A DNA stretch of 64,000 nt from Opitutales bacterium. GTDB taxonomy: Bacteria; Verrucomicrobiota; Verrucomicrobiia; Opitutales; UBA953. Location: the NCBI GenBank assembly GCA_030725715.1, contig JANRFG010000027.1:2649-66648 (forward strand). Direction: 5' to 3'. Position numbers and translations under genes: made by a program. Below the pieces are notes generated by a model. That model was not told the origin of the DNA, did not search any database, and was given only the letters and a program-made list of their open reading frames with translations. Below, one piece after another: positions 17,054-25,918 of the stretch (position 1 is its first letter; the number at the start of each line of letters is the position of its first letter).

Positions 17054-18223
17054 TCAAAGGGCTAGGCCCGGGGCGAGCCTGGACGCGATGACGCGCGTCT
17101 CGGCGTCGGCGGCGAGGACTTCGTCCAAAGAGCCCGGTTCGCGGGCCGAAACCGCCGCCAGGGTGCGTCCGACGAGCTCGGCGATGCCTGTGAAGGGCAG
17201 TTGGCCGGCCACGAAGGCGGCCACGGCGACCTCGTTGGCGGCGTTGAAGACCGCGGGGGCGGTCCCGCCGGTGGCGGCCGCCGCCCGGGCCAGACCGAGG
17301 CAGGGATAGCGGGCCGGGTCCGGCGGGGTCATCCCGAGCGTGAGGGCTTGGGCGAGATCGAGGCGCGGGGCGGGGCAGGGCAGGCGCTCCGGGAAGAGCA
17401 GGCAGTCCTGGATGGGGTAGGCCATCGAGGGCGGCGAGAGCAGCGCCTGCAGGCTGCCGTCGGCGAGCGTGACCAAGGAGTGGATGATGCTCTGCGGGTG
17501 CACGACGACGTCGATGTGGTCCGCGGGCACGTCGAAGAGCCAGCGCGCTTCGATCACCTCGAGGCCTTTGTTCGCCATCGTGGCGGAATCAATCGTGACC
17601 TTCGGGCCCATGCTCCAGTTCGGATGTTTGAGCGCCTGGTCGAGCGTGACGTGCCGGAGGTCGGCGAGGGGCGTGTCGCGGAAAGCGCCGCCCGAGGCCG
17701 TGAGCACGAGGCGCGCGATGTCGGCCTTGGGCTTGTCCCGCAGGAGCTGATGGATCGCGTTGTGCTCGCTGTCGACTGGCAGCAGGCGCGCGCCGGAGAC
17801 GCGGGCGGCTTCGGTGACGAACTTGCCGGCGAGGACGAGGAGTTCCTTGCTCGCGAGGGCGACGTCTTTCTTCGCCTTGAGCGCCGCGAGCGTGGGGGCC
17901 AGGCCGGCGGTGCCGACGACGGCCGAGACGACCATCGAGACTTCCGGCAGGCAGGCGACTTCGGTCAGGCCGGCGGTGCCTTCGAGGATGCGGGTGCCGG
18001 CCGGGAAGGCGCCCGAAGCGCGGGCTTCGGCCGCGGCGGCCGGGTCGGCGAGGGCCACGACGCCGACGCCGAATTCCTTGGCCGGGCCGACGAGTTCGCG
18101 CCAGCGCGAGTGGGCGGCCAGTCCGGCGATGCGCAGGCGGGACGGGTGGGCCCGGACGACGCTCAGGGTGGTCGTGCCGATGGAGCCGGTGGCTCCGAGG
18201 ATGGCGATGGCCCGGACGTGCAT
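17054..18223 (-). CDS. dxr: 1-deoxy-D-xylulose 5-phosphate reductoisomerase
   Basis: Internal start at MHVRAIAILGATGSIG (alternative ATG at 18238). Motifs DSEHNAIHQ and MGPKVTIDSATMANKGLEVIEA. The longer ORF up to 18733 overlaps queF and was rejected. Confidence 0.9.
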   Translation of the reverse strand: MHVRAIAILGATGSIGTTTLSVVRAHPSRLRIAGLAAHSRWRELVGPAKEFGVGVVALADPAAAAEARASGAFPAGTRILEGTAGLTEVACLPEVSMVVSAVVGTAGLAPTLAALKAKKDVALASKELLVLAGKFVTEAARVSGARLLPVDSEHNAIHQLLRDKPKADIARLVLTASGGAFRDTPLADLRHVTLDQALKHPNWSMGPKVTIDSATMANKGLEVIEARWLFDVPADHIDVVVHPQSIIHSLVTLADGSLQALLSPPSMAYPIQDCLLFPERLPCPAPRLDLAQALTLGMTPPDPARYPCLGLARAAAATGGTAPAVFNAANEVAVAAFVAGQLPFTGIAELVGRTLAAVSAREPGSLDEVLAADAETRVIASRLAPGLAL

Positions 18224-18340
18224 GCGGCGTGGGTGCATCGAGGCAACCGCAGGAGACGAAGGTGGCAAGCAGTTTGGGCCGGGGGTGGCTTTTCGCCGTT
18301 CGACGCTTGTCTCTTTCGTCGGGATAGGTTGCCTGTCCGT

Positions 18341-18754
18341 ATGGCCACTCAGCCTCAGGACCTCACCGGACTCTCCCACCTCGGGAACACCCAGAACAAG
18401 CCCCAGCAGACGCTGGAGACCTTCCCGAACCGCAACGCGGGCCGGAACTACACCGTCGAACTGACGACGGATGAGTTCACCTGCCTGTGCCCGGCGACCG
18501 GCCAGCCCGACTTCGCCAAGATCACGATCCGCTACGTGCCGGGTCCGCGCATCGTGGAGTCGAAGTCCCTCAAGCTTTACTACTGGAGCTACCGCCAGCA
18601 GGGCATGTTCCACGAACACCTGACCAACAAGATCCTCGACGACCTCGTCGCCGCGATCGACCCGATCTGGTGCGAGGTCACCGGCGCCTTCGGCGTCCGC
18701 GGCGGCATCGGCATCACGGTGCGTGCCGTCCACGGCAAGCAGCCGCAGCCGTGA
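18341..18754 (+). CDS. queF: NADPH-dependent 7-cyano-7-deazaguanine reductase (type I QueF)
   Basis: 137 aa from the internal ATG at 18341 of ORF 17201..18754. Motifs FTCLCPATGQPDFA, SLKLYYWSYR, FHEH. Confidence 0.85.
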   Translation: MATQPQDLTGLSHLGNTQNKPQQTLETFPNRNAGRNYTVELTTDEFTCLCPATGQPDFAKITIRYVPGPRIVESKSLKLYYWSYRQQGMFHEHLTNKILDDLVAAIDPIWCEVTGAFGVRGGIGITVRAVHGKQPQP

Positions 18755-19692
18755 AGCGTCGCCCCGTCCAGCCAGACGACGGGGAACCGACGGATTGGCC
18801 GGGCTCGGCCCAGGTCTCTGATTTCCTGACGCGTCAGCTCGCCGGTCGCCGGCTGGCGGCGCGCTCGTGCCTGACCTACGGGCGTTCGCTCAAGGGTTTC
18901 GCCCTCTGGATGAAATCCAACGGGGGCTGGGACGGCGATTGGTCCAAGCTGACCGCGCGCAACCTCCGCGACTTCGTCATCGAGCGCCAGGGTACGCATA
19001 ACCGTCGCTCGGTGCACAACCAGGTCTCGGCCCTGCGCGCCTTCCTCGCCGACCTGCGCGAGCGCGGCGGCATCACCACCACGCCGGCGGCCGGCCTCGT
19101 GCTGCCGAAGCTGCCGAAGTCCCTGCCGAAGTTCCTGACCGAGGCGCAGACGGATTCGCTCATGGACGCCGCGGAGGATTCCGAGAAGGACGATCCGCAG
19201 GAGACCGCGCGCGATCTGGCGGTGCTCGAGCTGCTTTACGGCGGAGGCCTGCGCGTGTCCGAACTCTGCGGAATCGACGGCGGTGACCTCGATCTCGGCA
19301 GCGGGCTCGTCCGCCTGATGGGCAAGGGCTCCAAGGAACGCGTCGTCCCGGTCGGCGACGCGGCGATCACCGCGGTGAAGGCCTACCTGGCGCTGCGCGG
19401 CGCCCCGGCCCGCGGCGAACCGCTGCTCCTCGCCGCCCGCGGCGGTCGGCTCCATCCGCGCGCCGTGCAGCTGATGCTGAAGCGCAAGCTGGCGGTCGCC
19501 GGTCTGCCGGCGGACCTCACTCCGCACAAACTGCGCCACGCCTGCGCGACGCATCTGCTCTCCAATGGCGCCGATCTCCGCCTCGTGCAGGAGCAGCTCG
19601 GCCACGCCTCGCTCTCGACCACGCAGATCTACACGCATCTCAGCGTCGCCAAGCTGCGCGAGGTCCATCGTAAGTCGCACCCGCGGGCCTGA
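18751..19692 (+). CDS. xerC: tyrosine recombinase XerC/XerD family
   Basis: The GTG at 18751 overlaps the queF TGA (GTGA). The C-terminal catalytic region is HKLRHACATHLLSNGADLRLVQEQLGHASLSTTQIYTHL. The exact start is uncertain. Confidence 0.75.
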   Translation: MKRRPVQPDDGEPTDWPGSAQVSDFLTRQLAGRRLAARSCLTYGRSLKGFALWMKSNGGWDGDWSKLTARNLRDFVIERQGTHNRRSVHNQVSALRAFLADLRERGGITTTPAAGLVLPKLPKSLPKFLTEAQTDSLMDAAEDSEKDDPQETARDLAVLELLYGGGLRVSELCGIDGGDLDLGSGLVRLMGKGSKERVVPVGDAAITAVKAYLALRGAPARGEPLLLAARGGRLHPRAVQLMLKRKLAVAGLPADLTPHKLRHACATHLLSNGADLRLVQEQLGHASLSTTQIYTHLSVAKLREVHRKSHPRA

Positions 19693-19740
19693 GCCGCTGA
19701 TTCGCCTCGCCTCCGCGGGCCCGTCGGAGCAAGGTGCCGC

Positions 19741-20610
19741 GTGCTCGTCGAAGCCGCCCAAGCGAAGCTGAACCTGTCGCTGGCCATAACCGGCCGGAGG
19801 GCCGACGGCTTCCATGAACTCGTCAGCCTCGTGGCGCCGATCGCGCTCGCAGATGCCCTCACGCTCGACGTCGTCCGTCCGCTTGGTCTCACGTGCGATG
19901 ACCCGGCGTTGCCCGTCGACGGCACGAACCTCGTGCTCAAGGCCGCGGCCGCTTACGCGCGGCGCCGTCCCGCCGCGCCGACCGGACATTTCCATCTCAC
20001 CAAGCGCGTGCCGCATGGCGCCGGCCTCGGTGGCGGGAGCGCCGACGCCGCCGCGGCTTTACGCCTGCTCGATCGTGCGTCGGGCGATCCGCTCGGCCCT
20101 GAGGAACTCGAAGCCCTCGCGGCGGAAGTCGGTTCCGACTGTCCTTTCTTCGTGCGCGGCCAGGCCGCCGTGATGCGGGGCAGGGGAGAGCGGCTGGAGG
20201 TCTTGCCGCCTGCCGCCCGCGCCGCTTTGGCCGGGCGTAAGGTCGTCCTGGCCAAGCCGCCTTTCGGCGTGCCGACCCCCGAGGCCTATGGTCTGCTCGC
20301 CAAAACCGGGAATTATCGCCCGTTCGCGCAGGCCGAAGCCGAGTTAGCCGCCTGGCTCGCCCAGCCGTCCGCGGATCCCGTGAAGCTAGGCAACGACCTC
20401 ACGGACCCCGTCTTCGCCAAGTATGTCGCCCTGTCGGCCGGCCTGGCTTCTTTCCGTCGCGTGACTGGTTCGGACTGGCAGATGACCGGCAGCGGCAGCG
20501 CCTGTTTCGCCTGGGTCGAGGACGGTTTCGACCAAGCGGGCTTGCGTGCGGACGCCATGCGGGTCTGGGGGCCCGGAGCATGGGTGGCGGAGACCGTTAT
20601 TTCGGCTTAG
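19741..20610 (+). CDS. ispE: 4-diphosphocytidyl-2-C-methyl-D-erythritol kinase
   Basis: 289 aa with a GTG start. [19 protein letters not shown] and the GHMP kinase motif [15 protein letters not shown]. Confidence 0.85.
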   Translation: MLVEAAQAKLNLSLAITGRRADGFHELVSLVAPIALADALTLDVVRPLGLTCDDPALPVDGTNLVLKAAAAYARRRPAAPTGHFHLTKRVPHGAGLGGGSADAAAALRLLDRASGDPLGPEELEALAAEVGSDCPFFVRGQAAVMRGRGERLEVLPPAARAALAGRKVVLAKPPFGVPTPEAYGLLAKTGNYRPFAQAEAELAAWLAQPSADPVKLGNDLTDPVFAKYVALSAGLASFRRVTGSDWQMTGSGSACFAWVEDGFDQAGLRADAMRVWGPGAWVAETVISA

Positions 20611-20663
20611 TTTCGGCTTTACTGTCGGCCATCGGGTCGCCAAGTTGCGATTCACTATCACCC

Positions 20664-20762
20664 ATGGGAAGCCTCAAGAAGAAGCGTCGTCTGAAGATGA
20701 ACAAGCACAAGCGCCGCAAGCGCTCGAAGGAAAATCGCCATAAGAAGCGTCTCTGGGGCTGA
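20664..20762 (+). CDS. 32-aa highly basic microprotein, ribosomal protein bS22-like (AURKAIP1/COX24-like)
   Basis: [32 protein letters not shown], from the internal ATG of ORF 20580..20762. It resembles the MGS.IKKRRKRM.KKKHRK pattern of bS22. It is followed by a strong terminator and lies next to rpmG. Confidence 0.6.
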   Translation: MGSLKKKRRLKMNKHKRRKRSKENRHKKRLWG

Positions 20763-20784
20763 TTGACCCCACCTTCGGTCCGAT

Positions 20785-20817
20785 CCGGGCGGCTCAAAAG
20801 GCCGCCCGGCTCTTTTT
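20785..20817 (+). terminator. rho-independent terminator
   Basis: CCGGGCGGC-tcaaaag-GCCGCCCGG followed by ctcttttt. Confidence 0.8.
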
Positions 20818-20874
20818 CGGGCTTGCTCCGACCTGACCCGTTCCCAAACCTCAACCTTCCAACCGACTCAGACC

Positions 20875-21045
20875 ATGCCCCGCGAAATCGTCATCATTGA
20901 ATGCACCGAAGCCCGTAAGGAGGGCAAGCGCCCTTCCCGTTACATGACCACCCGTAACAAGAAGCTTTCCCAGGAGAAGGTGGAGCTCAAGAAGTACAAC
21001 CCCTCCATGCGCCGCCACACGCTGCACAAGGAGATCAAGGGCTAA
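20875..21045 (+). CDS. rpmG: 50S ribosomal protein L33
   Basis: 56 aa, below the ORF-track cutoff and translated by hand: [56 protein letters not shown]. This is the typical bL33 pattern (Y.T.KNK......LEL.KY.P..R+H..HKE.K). Confidence 0.85.
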   Translation: MPREIVIIECTEARKEGKRPSRYMTTRNKKLSQEKVELKKYNPSMRRHTLHKEIKG

Positions 21046-21064
21046 GCTTCCGGTTCCCCTAAGC

Positions 21065-21103
21065 CAGCAGGGCCGGCCGCAGCGATGCGAGCCGGCCCTG
21101 CTG
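21065..21103. terminator. 13-bp perfect hairpin between convergent rpmG and the small ORF
   Basis: CAGCAGGGCCGGC ... GCCGGCCCTGCTG followed by TTT on the + strand. Confidence 0.65.
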
Positions 21104-21126
21104 TTTGGCGGGGAAGAGGGGCGGCC

Positions 21127-21348
21127 TCAGGCGGGCTTGCCGCCGCGACGCAGCTGACGCCAGCGCGCGCGGTGGTGACGCGTCCAATCAAGCAGGGCGC
21201 GTTCGAAGCCGATGTCGCAGCCGGCCTTCTCGGATTCGATCCACTTGTGACGGAGGATCTCCTCACGCTCCGCGAGGAACTCGGCATAAAGAGAAGAACG
21301 AGCGGCCAGGTCGGCGGCGGGATTGGTCTCGGACGGCTCTTCTCTCAT
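21127..21348 (-). CDS. small conserved-looking hypothetical protein
   Basis: 73 aa containing HKWIESEKAGCDIGFERALLDW. The motif looks familiar from small bacterial proteins but I cannot name the family. Confidence 0.45.
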   Translation of the reverse strand: MREEPSETNPAADLAARSSLYAEFLAEREEILRHKWIESEKAGCDIGFERALLDWTRHHRARWRQLRRGGKPA

Positions 21349-21409
21349 GCTTGCGGTGAATCTAGGGGGAAATCCGGCTGCGTGGCAAGCCGGAGGCGAA
21401 CGGGTGACT

Positions 21410-22495
21410 TTACGAAGCTTTTTGCAAGCCGTTGAGCACCGTCAGGCCAATCGAACGGAAGACGCGGGCCGGATTGCCGTCCGGGTGGCTGATCACCACG
21501 GGGATGCCGTGGTCGCCGCCTTGGCGGATGGCCGGGTCGAGCGGGACTTCGCCGAGCAGGATCGAATCCAAGGCCGTGGCGACCTTGAGGCCGCCGCCCT
21601 GACCGAAGAGATGCTGACGGGAGCCGTCCGCGGCTTCGAGGAAGCTCATGTTCTCCGCCACGCCGAGGATGGGCACGCCGACTTTGGCGAACATCGCCGC
21701 GCCGCGGAGCGCCACGGAGACCGCCGCGGTCTGCGGGGTCGTCACGATGATCGCGCCGCTCAGGGCCATCGACTGGGCGATGGAGAGCTGGGCGTCACCG
21801 GTGCCCGGGGGGAGGTCGATCAGCAGGACGTCGAGTTCGCCCCAGCGGACGTTCGTGGCGAACTGTGAGATGGTCTTCATGATCATCGGACCGCGCCAGA
21901 CCACCGGGGCGTCGGCGTCGATGAGGAGGCCCATCGACATGATCTTCACGCCGAAGTTCTCCAGGGGGATGAGGGTGTCGCCGTCGAGGTGGGGGCGGGC
22001 GTTGACCCCGATCATCAGGGGTACCGAAGGGCCGTAGATGTCGCAGTCCATGAGGCCGACCCGGCCCGGACGGCCCTTCTCGGCGAGGTCACGGGCCAAG
22101 GCGCAGGCCAGATTGACGGCGAAGGTGGACTTGCCGACCCCGCCTTTACCGCTGGCGACGGCGATGATGTGCTTCACCTGGCCCACCCCGGCGTCGGCGG
22201 GCAGTTTCGTGGGGGCGGCCGGCGCGGCGGCCGCGGGCGAGCCCTTCGGGACGGTGACGGTGATGGCGATCTCGGGCTGGCGGGCGCCCAGGGCCTTCAA
22301 GGCGGCCTCGATCTCGGCGTAGAGCTTCTTGGGGACCTCGGGGTCGGCGCTGGTCACCGCCAAGCCGACGCTCACCTTGCCGTCAAGGGTCACCTCGATG
22401 CCTTTGACCAGGCCGAACGAGACGATGTCCCGGCTGTACCCGGGGTACCGGATCTGGCCGAGGGCCTTCTGGACGGATTCCTTATCGAGCGACAT
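21410..22495 (-). CDS. apbC: Fe-S cluster carrier ATPase Mrp/ApbC/NBP35 family
   Basis: 361 aa. N-terminal DUF59-like region and Walker A VASGKGGVGKSTFAVNLA. Confidence 0.9.
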   Translation of the reverse strand: MSLDKESVQKALGQIRYPGYSRDIVSFGLVKGIEVTLDGKVSVGLAVTSADPEVPKKLYAEIEAALKALGARQPEIAITVTVPKGSPAAAAPAAPTKLPADAGVGQVKHIIAVASGKGGVGKSTFAVNLACALARDLAEKGRPGRVGLMDCDIYGPSVPLMIGVNARPHLDGDTLIPLENFGVKIMSMGLLIDADAPVVWRGPMIMKTISQFATNVRWGELDVLLIDLPPGTGDAQLSIAQSMALSGAIIVTTPQTAAVSVALRGAAMFAKVGVPILGVAENMSFLEAADGSRQHLFGQGGGLKVATALDSILLGEVPLDPAIRQGGDHGIPVVISHPDGNPARVFRSIGLTVLNGLQKAS

Positions 22496-22558
22496 CAGCG
22501 GGATTGAACTCCCCTCCCAACCTAGGTCAAACTGCTAACCTTCTAATCCCCTTCCTCG

Positions 22559-23740
22559 ATGCGTTTCCTCGCCCTCCTCACCGTCTTCCTCACCGCGCCG
22601 CTCTTCGGCCAGAACGTGGTCGTGAACGACGACATCGCGGCCCTCGCCGCCAAGGGCGTCGTCTCCGTCGCCGTCGTCTCGGACGATCCGGCGCTCGGCA
22701 GCCTCGTCCAGTTCGCGCTCTCCGCCCACGGCGCGATCCAGGTCTCGCCTTCCTCCTCCGTCAGGCTGCGCATCGGCCGCACGGCGAACACCGCCGTCGT
22801 CGCCTGCGATAACGCCGCCTACGCCTTCACGACGAACGTCGAAGCCCGCGACGAAGACCAGCTCGCGCTCAAGGTCGCCGACGCCGCGGTCGTCGGCCTC
22901 GGCCGCCGCTGGCAGCTCAAGCCGCTCTACGCCGACACGAAGGTCGCCTTCGTCTCGCGCTTCACCGGCCACGCCGAGATCTACGTCACCAATCTCGCGC
23001 GCTCGAAGACGCTCCGTCTGACGAACTACCGCAACACCTCGATCGGCCCGCGCTGGTCGGCCGACGGCAAGCGCGTCTTCTTCATCTCTTCCTTCCGTTC
23101 CAACTGGCCCGAGATCTTCTCGACCAACGGCCTCGGCGAGGCCGCCAAGGTCATCACCAACGTGCGCGGCGCCCTCGGCGCGGCCAGCAGCGGTCCCGAT
23201 GGTCGCATCGCGTTCGCCTCCTCCAACAAGGAGACGATGGACATCTTCGTCGCCGGCCCGCAGGGCCAGTCGCCGATCCGCGTCATCAAGGCGCCGAACA
23301 AGCAGTGGGTGAACACCGACCCGTCCTGGTCGCCCGACGGCTCGCGTTTCGCCCTCACCGGCGGCCCGACGGGACGCCCCGGCATCTACCTCGCGAGCGC
23401 CTCCGGCGGCTCCCTGCAGCCCGTCGCCACTGGCTTCAGCTACAGCACCGAGCCGCGCTGGAACCCGGTCGTGCCGAACCAGCTCGTCTTCACCTATCAG
23501 TCCGGCAGCCTGCGTCTCGGCGTCATCGACCTCGCCGCCGGCAGCGTCCGGCCGATCGACACCGCGAGCCCGGCCGCCCTCGCGCACGCTTCGTGGTGCG
23601 CCGACGGCCGTCACCTCGTGGCCGCGCAGGGAGACTGGCTGGCCGTCGTGGACAGCGTGACCGGCAAGGTCACGCGGCTGACGCCGGCGAGCCTCGGCCG
23701 TTGTTCCGAGCCGGACTGCTGGACGCCGCGCGCGCGCTGA
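22559..23740 (+). CDS. periplasmic TolB-like beta-propeller (PD40 repeat) protein
   Basis: 393 aa. Signal peptide MRFLALLTVFLTAPLFGQ and repeated PD40-type motifs (WSADGKRVFF, WSPDGSRFAL, PRWNP). Confidence 0.7.
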   Translation: MRFLALLTVFLTAPLFGQNVVVNDDIAALAAKGVVSVAVVSDDPALGSLVQFALSAHGAIQVSPSSSVRLRIGRTANTAVVACDNAAYAFTTNVEARDEDQLALKVADAAVVGLGRRWQLKPLYADTKVAFVSRFTGHAEIYVTNLARSKTLRLTNYRNTSIGPRWSADGKRVFFISSFRSNWPEIFSTNGLGEAAKVITNVRGALGAASSGPDGRIAFASSNKETMDIFVAGPQGQSPIRVIKAPNKQWVNTDPSWSPDGSRFALTGGPTGRPGIYLASASGGSLQPVATGFSYSTEPRWNPVVPNQLVFTYQSGSLRLGVIDLAAGSVRPIDTASPAALAHASWCADGRHLVAAQGDWLAVVDSVTGKVTRLTPASLGRCSEPDCWTPRAR

Positions 23741-23746
23741 GCGGAG

Positions 23747-24349
23747 TCACTTCTTCGCGGGCTTCGCCTTCGCGCCGCTGTTCCGGCGGTCCCGCTCGCG
23801 CACGTAGGCGCGGTCGCGCAAGGTGCTGAGCAGGACGGAGTGGTTGGCCCGGACGTCGCCGTCCTGCCTTTGCAGGAGCGCCGCGAACTTCTCGATCCGC
23901 AGGCTCACCGGGTTGGTCGTGGCGCCGACGAAGGCGCCGAGCACGAGGAGGCCGAGGAAGGCGCCGGCTTGGATCGCCCGATGGACGCGCCAGGCGCTCC
24001 GCGTCTCCGCCTCCTGGCGGACGATGGCGACCACGGCCTGCGACTGCGTGAAGCCGTCGATGTTCACGGCGTCGGCCAGTCCGTAGGCCAGCAGACGCCG
24101 GCGGGTGGGCTCGTCGATACGGTTGGCGGCGCTGATCTGTTCGGCCGCGCTGGCCAGGGGCTTCGCGGTCCGGACCTTGAGTCCTGAGCCGGAGGGGAAG
24201 AAGTCCGCGACCGTCCGCCACACGTCCTCTCCGGCCAGGCGGCAGGGCTGATCAGCCGTCGCTTCGCCGGAAGCGAGCAGGGCGGCGACCTCGGCCTCGG
24301 AAAGGGCGGCGGAGGTCTCTGGGCCTTGCTGGAGGTGGAAATGACGCAT
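23747..24349 (-). CDS. hypothetical membrane protein with a possible N-terminal GYF_2-like domain
   Basis: Starting at the internal ATG (MRHFHLQQGPE...) the protein shows a GP...SE.EV..L...G......C...GEDVW pattern and a central TM helix. The call is weak. Confidence 0.4.
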   Translation of the reverse strand: MRHFHLQQGPETSAALSEAEVAALLASGEATADQPCRLAGEDVWRTVADFFPSGSGLKVRTAKPLASAAEQISAANRIDEPTRRRLLAYGLADAVNIDGFTQSQAVVAIVRQEAETRSAWRVHRAIQAGAFLGLLVLGAFVGATTNPVSLRIEKFAALLQRQDGDVRANHSVLLSTLRDRAYVRERDRRNSGAKAKPAKK

Positions 24350-24469
24350 GCTGCCGAGCCGGAGGAGGGCGCACCTGACCATGGTCGCCCCCGCGGGGGT
24401 CGCAAGGCGATTGGGCCTTCAATACCCTTTGCAAATCGGGCCGGACCTCTTTTTCATAGACCTCGCTCG

Positions 24470-25918
24470 ATGGGCAACCAAGGCATCAATCAATCGCAGA
24501 AGCAGGTCCAAGGCCTCGTCCTCACGCCGCAGCTTCGCCAGTCGCTCCGCATCCTCCAGGTGCCTGCGGCCGAGCTCCTGCGTGAGATTTCCTCCGAATT
24601 GGCCGCCAACCCGTTGCTGGAGGAGGTCGAGCCGGTCTCCAATGAGAGCCTGGACGCGCCGATGCCCTCCGAGGAGCCGGAGGACGACGGCCCCCGCGAA
24701 CTTTCCCTCGGCGACGACGATTTCGACGCGTTGAAGCGCATGAAGGAGGACTGGGACGAAAGCTACTACGAGGAGATCCGTTCCCAGGGGTACACCCAGG
24801 AAGACGAGGAGCGCCGCCGGCACATGCTCGAGTCGGCCACCGGCGAAGCCTCGCTTTCGGAGCATCTCGCCGACCAGGCCCGGACGGCCAGCGACGATCC
24901 GGCCGTGCAGGAGGCGCTCAGGCTCCTCATCGCCTCGCTCGACGAACGTGGCTTCGTGGAGGAAGACCTCTCGACCCTCGCCCTCCGTTCCGGCCAGCCC
25001 TACGAGGCCGTGATGACGGCCCATACGCTGCTGATGGCCTTCGATCCGCCCGGCATCGGCGCCCGCGACCTCCGCGAATGTTTCCTCGCCCAGCTCCGTC
25101 AGCGCGGCCGGGGCCTGTCCACCGCGGCCCGGCTCATCAGCGACTGCTGGGAGCCCATGATGGGCCGCCGTCTCGAGGAGTGCGCGCGCATCCTCGACGT
25201 CGAGCTCGACGGCATCCGCGAAGCCCTCGCCGAACTCGCCAAGCTCGAGACCGTCCCGGCCCGTCGTTTCGCCCGCGACGACAACCGCGTCGTCACGCCG
25301 GACGCCACCGTCGAACTCGGATCCGACGGCAAATGGAAGGTCATCATGGATGACCGCCATGTGCCCAAGCTCCGTCTCGCGCCCGCTTACAAGGACATGC
25401 TCGCCGGCCAGGCCCTCGGCGAGAAAGAGCGCACCTACATCCTCGAGCGCATGCGTCAGGGCAAGTTCCTCATCGGCGCCATCGAGGAACGCCAGCGCAC
25501 GATCGAGAAGCTCGCGCACATCATCCTCGAACGTCAGGCCGACTTCTTCGAGCACGGACCTTCGCGGCTACGCCCGCTGACGATGACCGACGTCGCCAAG
25601 GAGATGGGCGTGCACGAGACGACCGTCGGCCGCGCCGCGGCCAACAAGTGGATGCTCACGCCCCATGGGCTCCGCGAATTCCGCTGGTTCTTCACGTCCG
25701 GTGTCTCGACCGCCGACGGCGGCACCGTCGCCCAGGAAGGCGTGCAGGAGATGATCGCCGACATCCTCGCGCGCGAGAACCCCGCCGAGCCGCTGGCCGA
25801 CGAGGCCATCACCGCCGAGCTGCGCAAGCGGGGCGTCCAGATCGCGCGGCGCACGGTCGCGAAGTATCGCGAGGCGCTGGGGCAGCCTTCGGCGCACATG
25901 CGACGCAAGCGTCTCTGA
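24470..25918 (+). CDS. rpoN: RNA polymerase sigma-54 factor
   Basis: The internal ATG at 24470 gives MGNQGINQSQKQVQGLVLTPQLRQSLRILQ (region I). It also has an acidic region II, an HTH and the RpoN box ARRTVAKYR. Confidence 0.9.
   Translation: MGNQGINQSQKQVQGLVLTPQLRQSLRILQVPAAELLREISSELAANPLLEEVEPVSNESLDAPMPSEEPEDDGPRELSLGDDDFDALKRMKEDWDESYYEEIRSQGYTQEDEERRRHMLESATGEASLSEHLADQARTASDDPAVQEALRLLIASLDERGFVEEDLSTLALRSGQPYEAVMTAHTLLMAFDPPGIGARDLRECFLAQLRQRGRGLSTAARLISDCWEPMMGRRLEECARILDVELDGIREALAELAKLETVPARRFARDDNRVVTPDATVELGSDGKWKVIMDDRHVPKLRLAPAYKDMLAGQALGEKERTYILERMRQGKFLIGAIEERQRTIEKLAHIILERQADFFEHGPSRLRPLTMTDVAKEMGVHETTVGRAAANKWMLTPHGLREFRWFFTSGVSTADGGTVAQEGVQEMIADILARENPAEPLADEAITAELRKRGVQIARRTVAKYREALGQPSAHMRRKRL

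Noticed and set aside
18239-18340. preQ1 riboswitch upstream of queF. I also looked for a lysine riboswitch or T-box upstream of lysS (48105-48208) and for sigma-54 promoters (TGGCAC-N5-TTGC), given that rpoN is in the window.
   Set aside because: Reading these spacers by eye turned up no sequence resembling the conserved cores. The TGGCAC-like strings I found (for example near 11043, 4737 and 12797) lack a correctly spaced TTGC. A covariance-model scan would be needed to be certain.
17054-18733. N-terminally extended versions of several track ORFs: dxr to 18733, beta-CASP to 29085, ruvC to 32861, helicase to 54726, recO-like to 55406, lnt to 61069, rpoN from 24326, queF from 17201, xerC from 18487.
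   Set aside because: The extensions are low-complexity Arg/Pro/Gly-rich sequence that overlaps neighbouring genes. Internal starts coincide with the beginning of the conserved domains and often with stop/start overlaps (ATGA/GTGA/TGATG) to the upstream gene.
18751-19692. Tyrosine recombinases at 18751-19692 and 39893-40840 as markers of an integrated element or genomic island.
   Set aside because: Both have XerC/XerD-type sequence features and sit among core genes (queF/ispE and argA/nuoN). There is no flanking tRNA, no direct repeats, no phage or conjugation genes, and no compositional shift.
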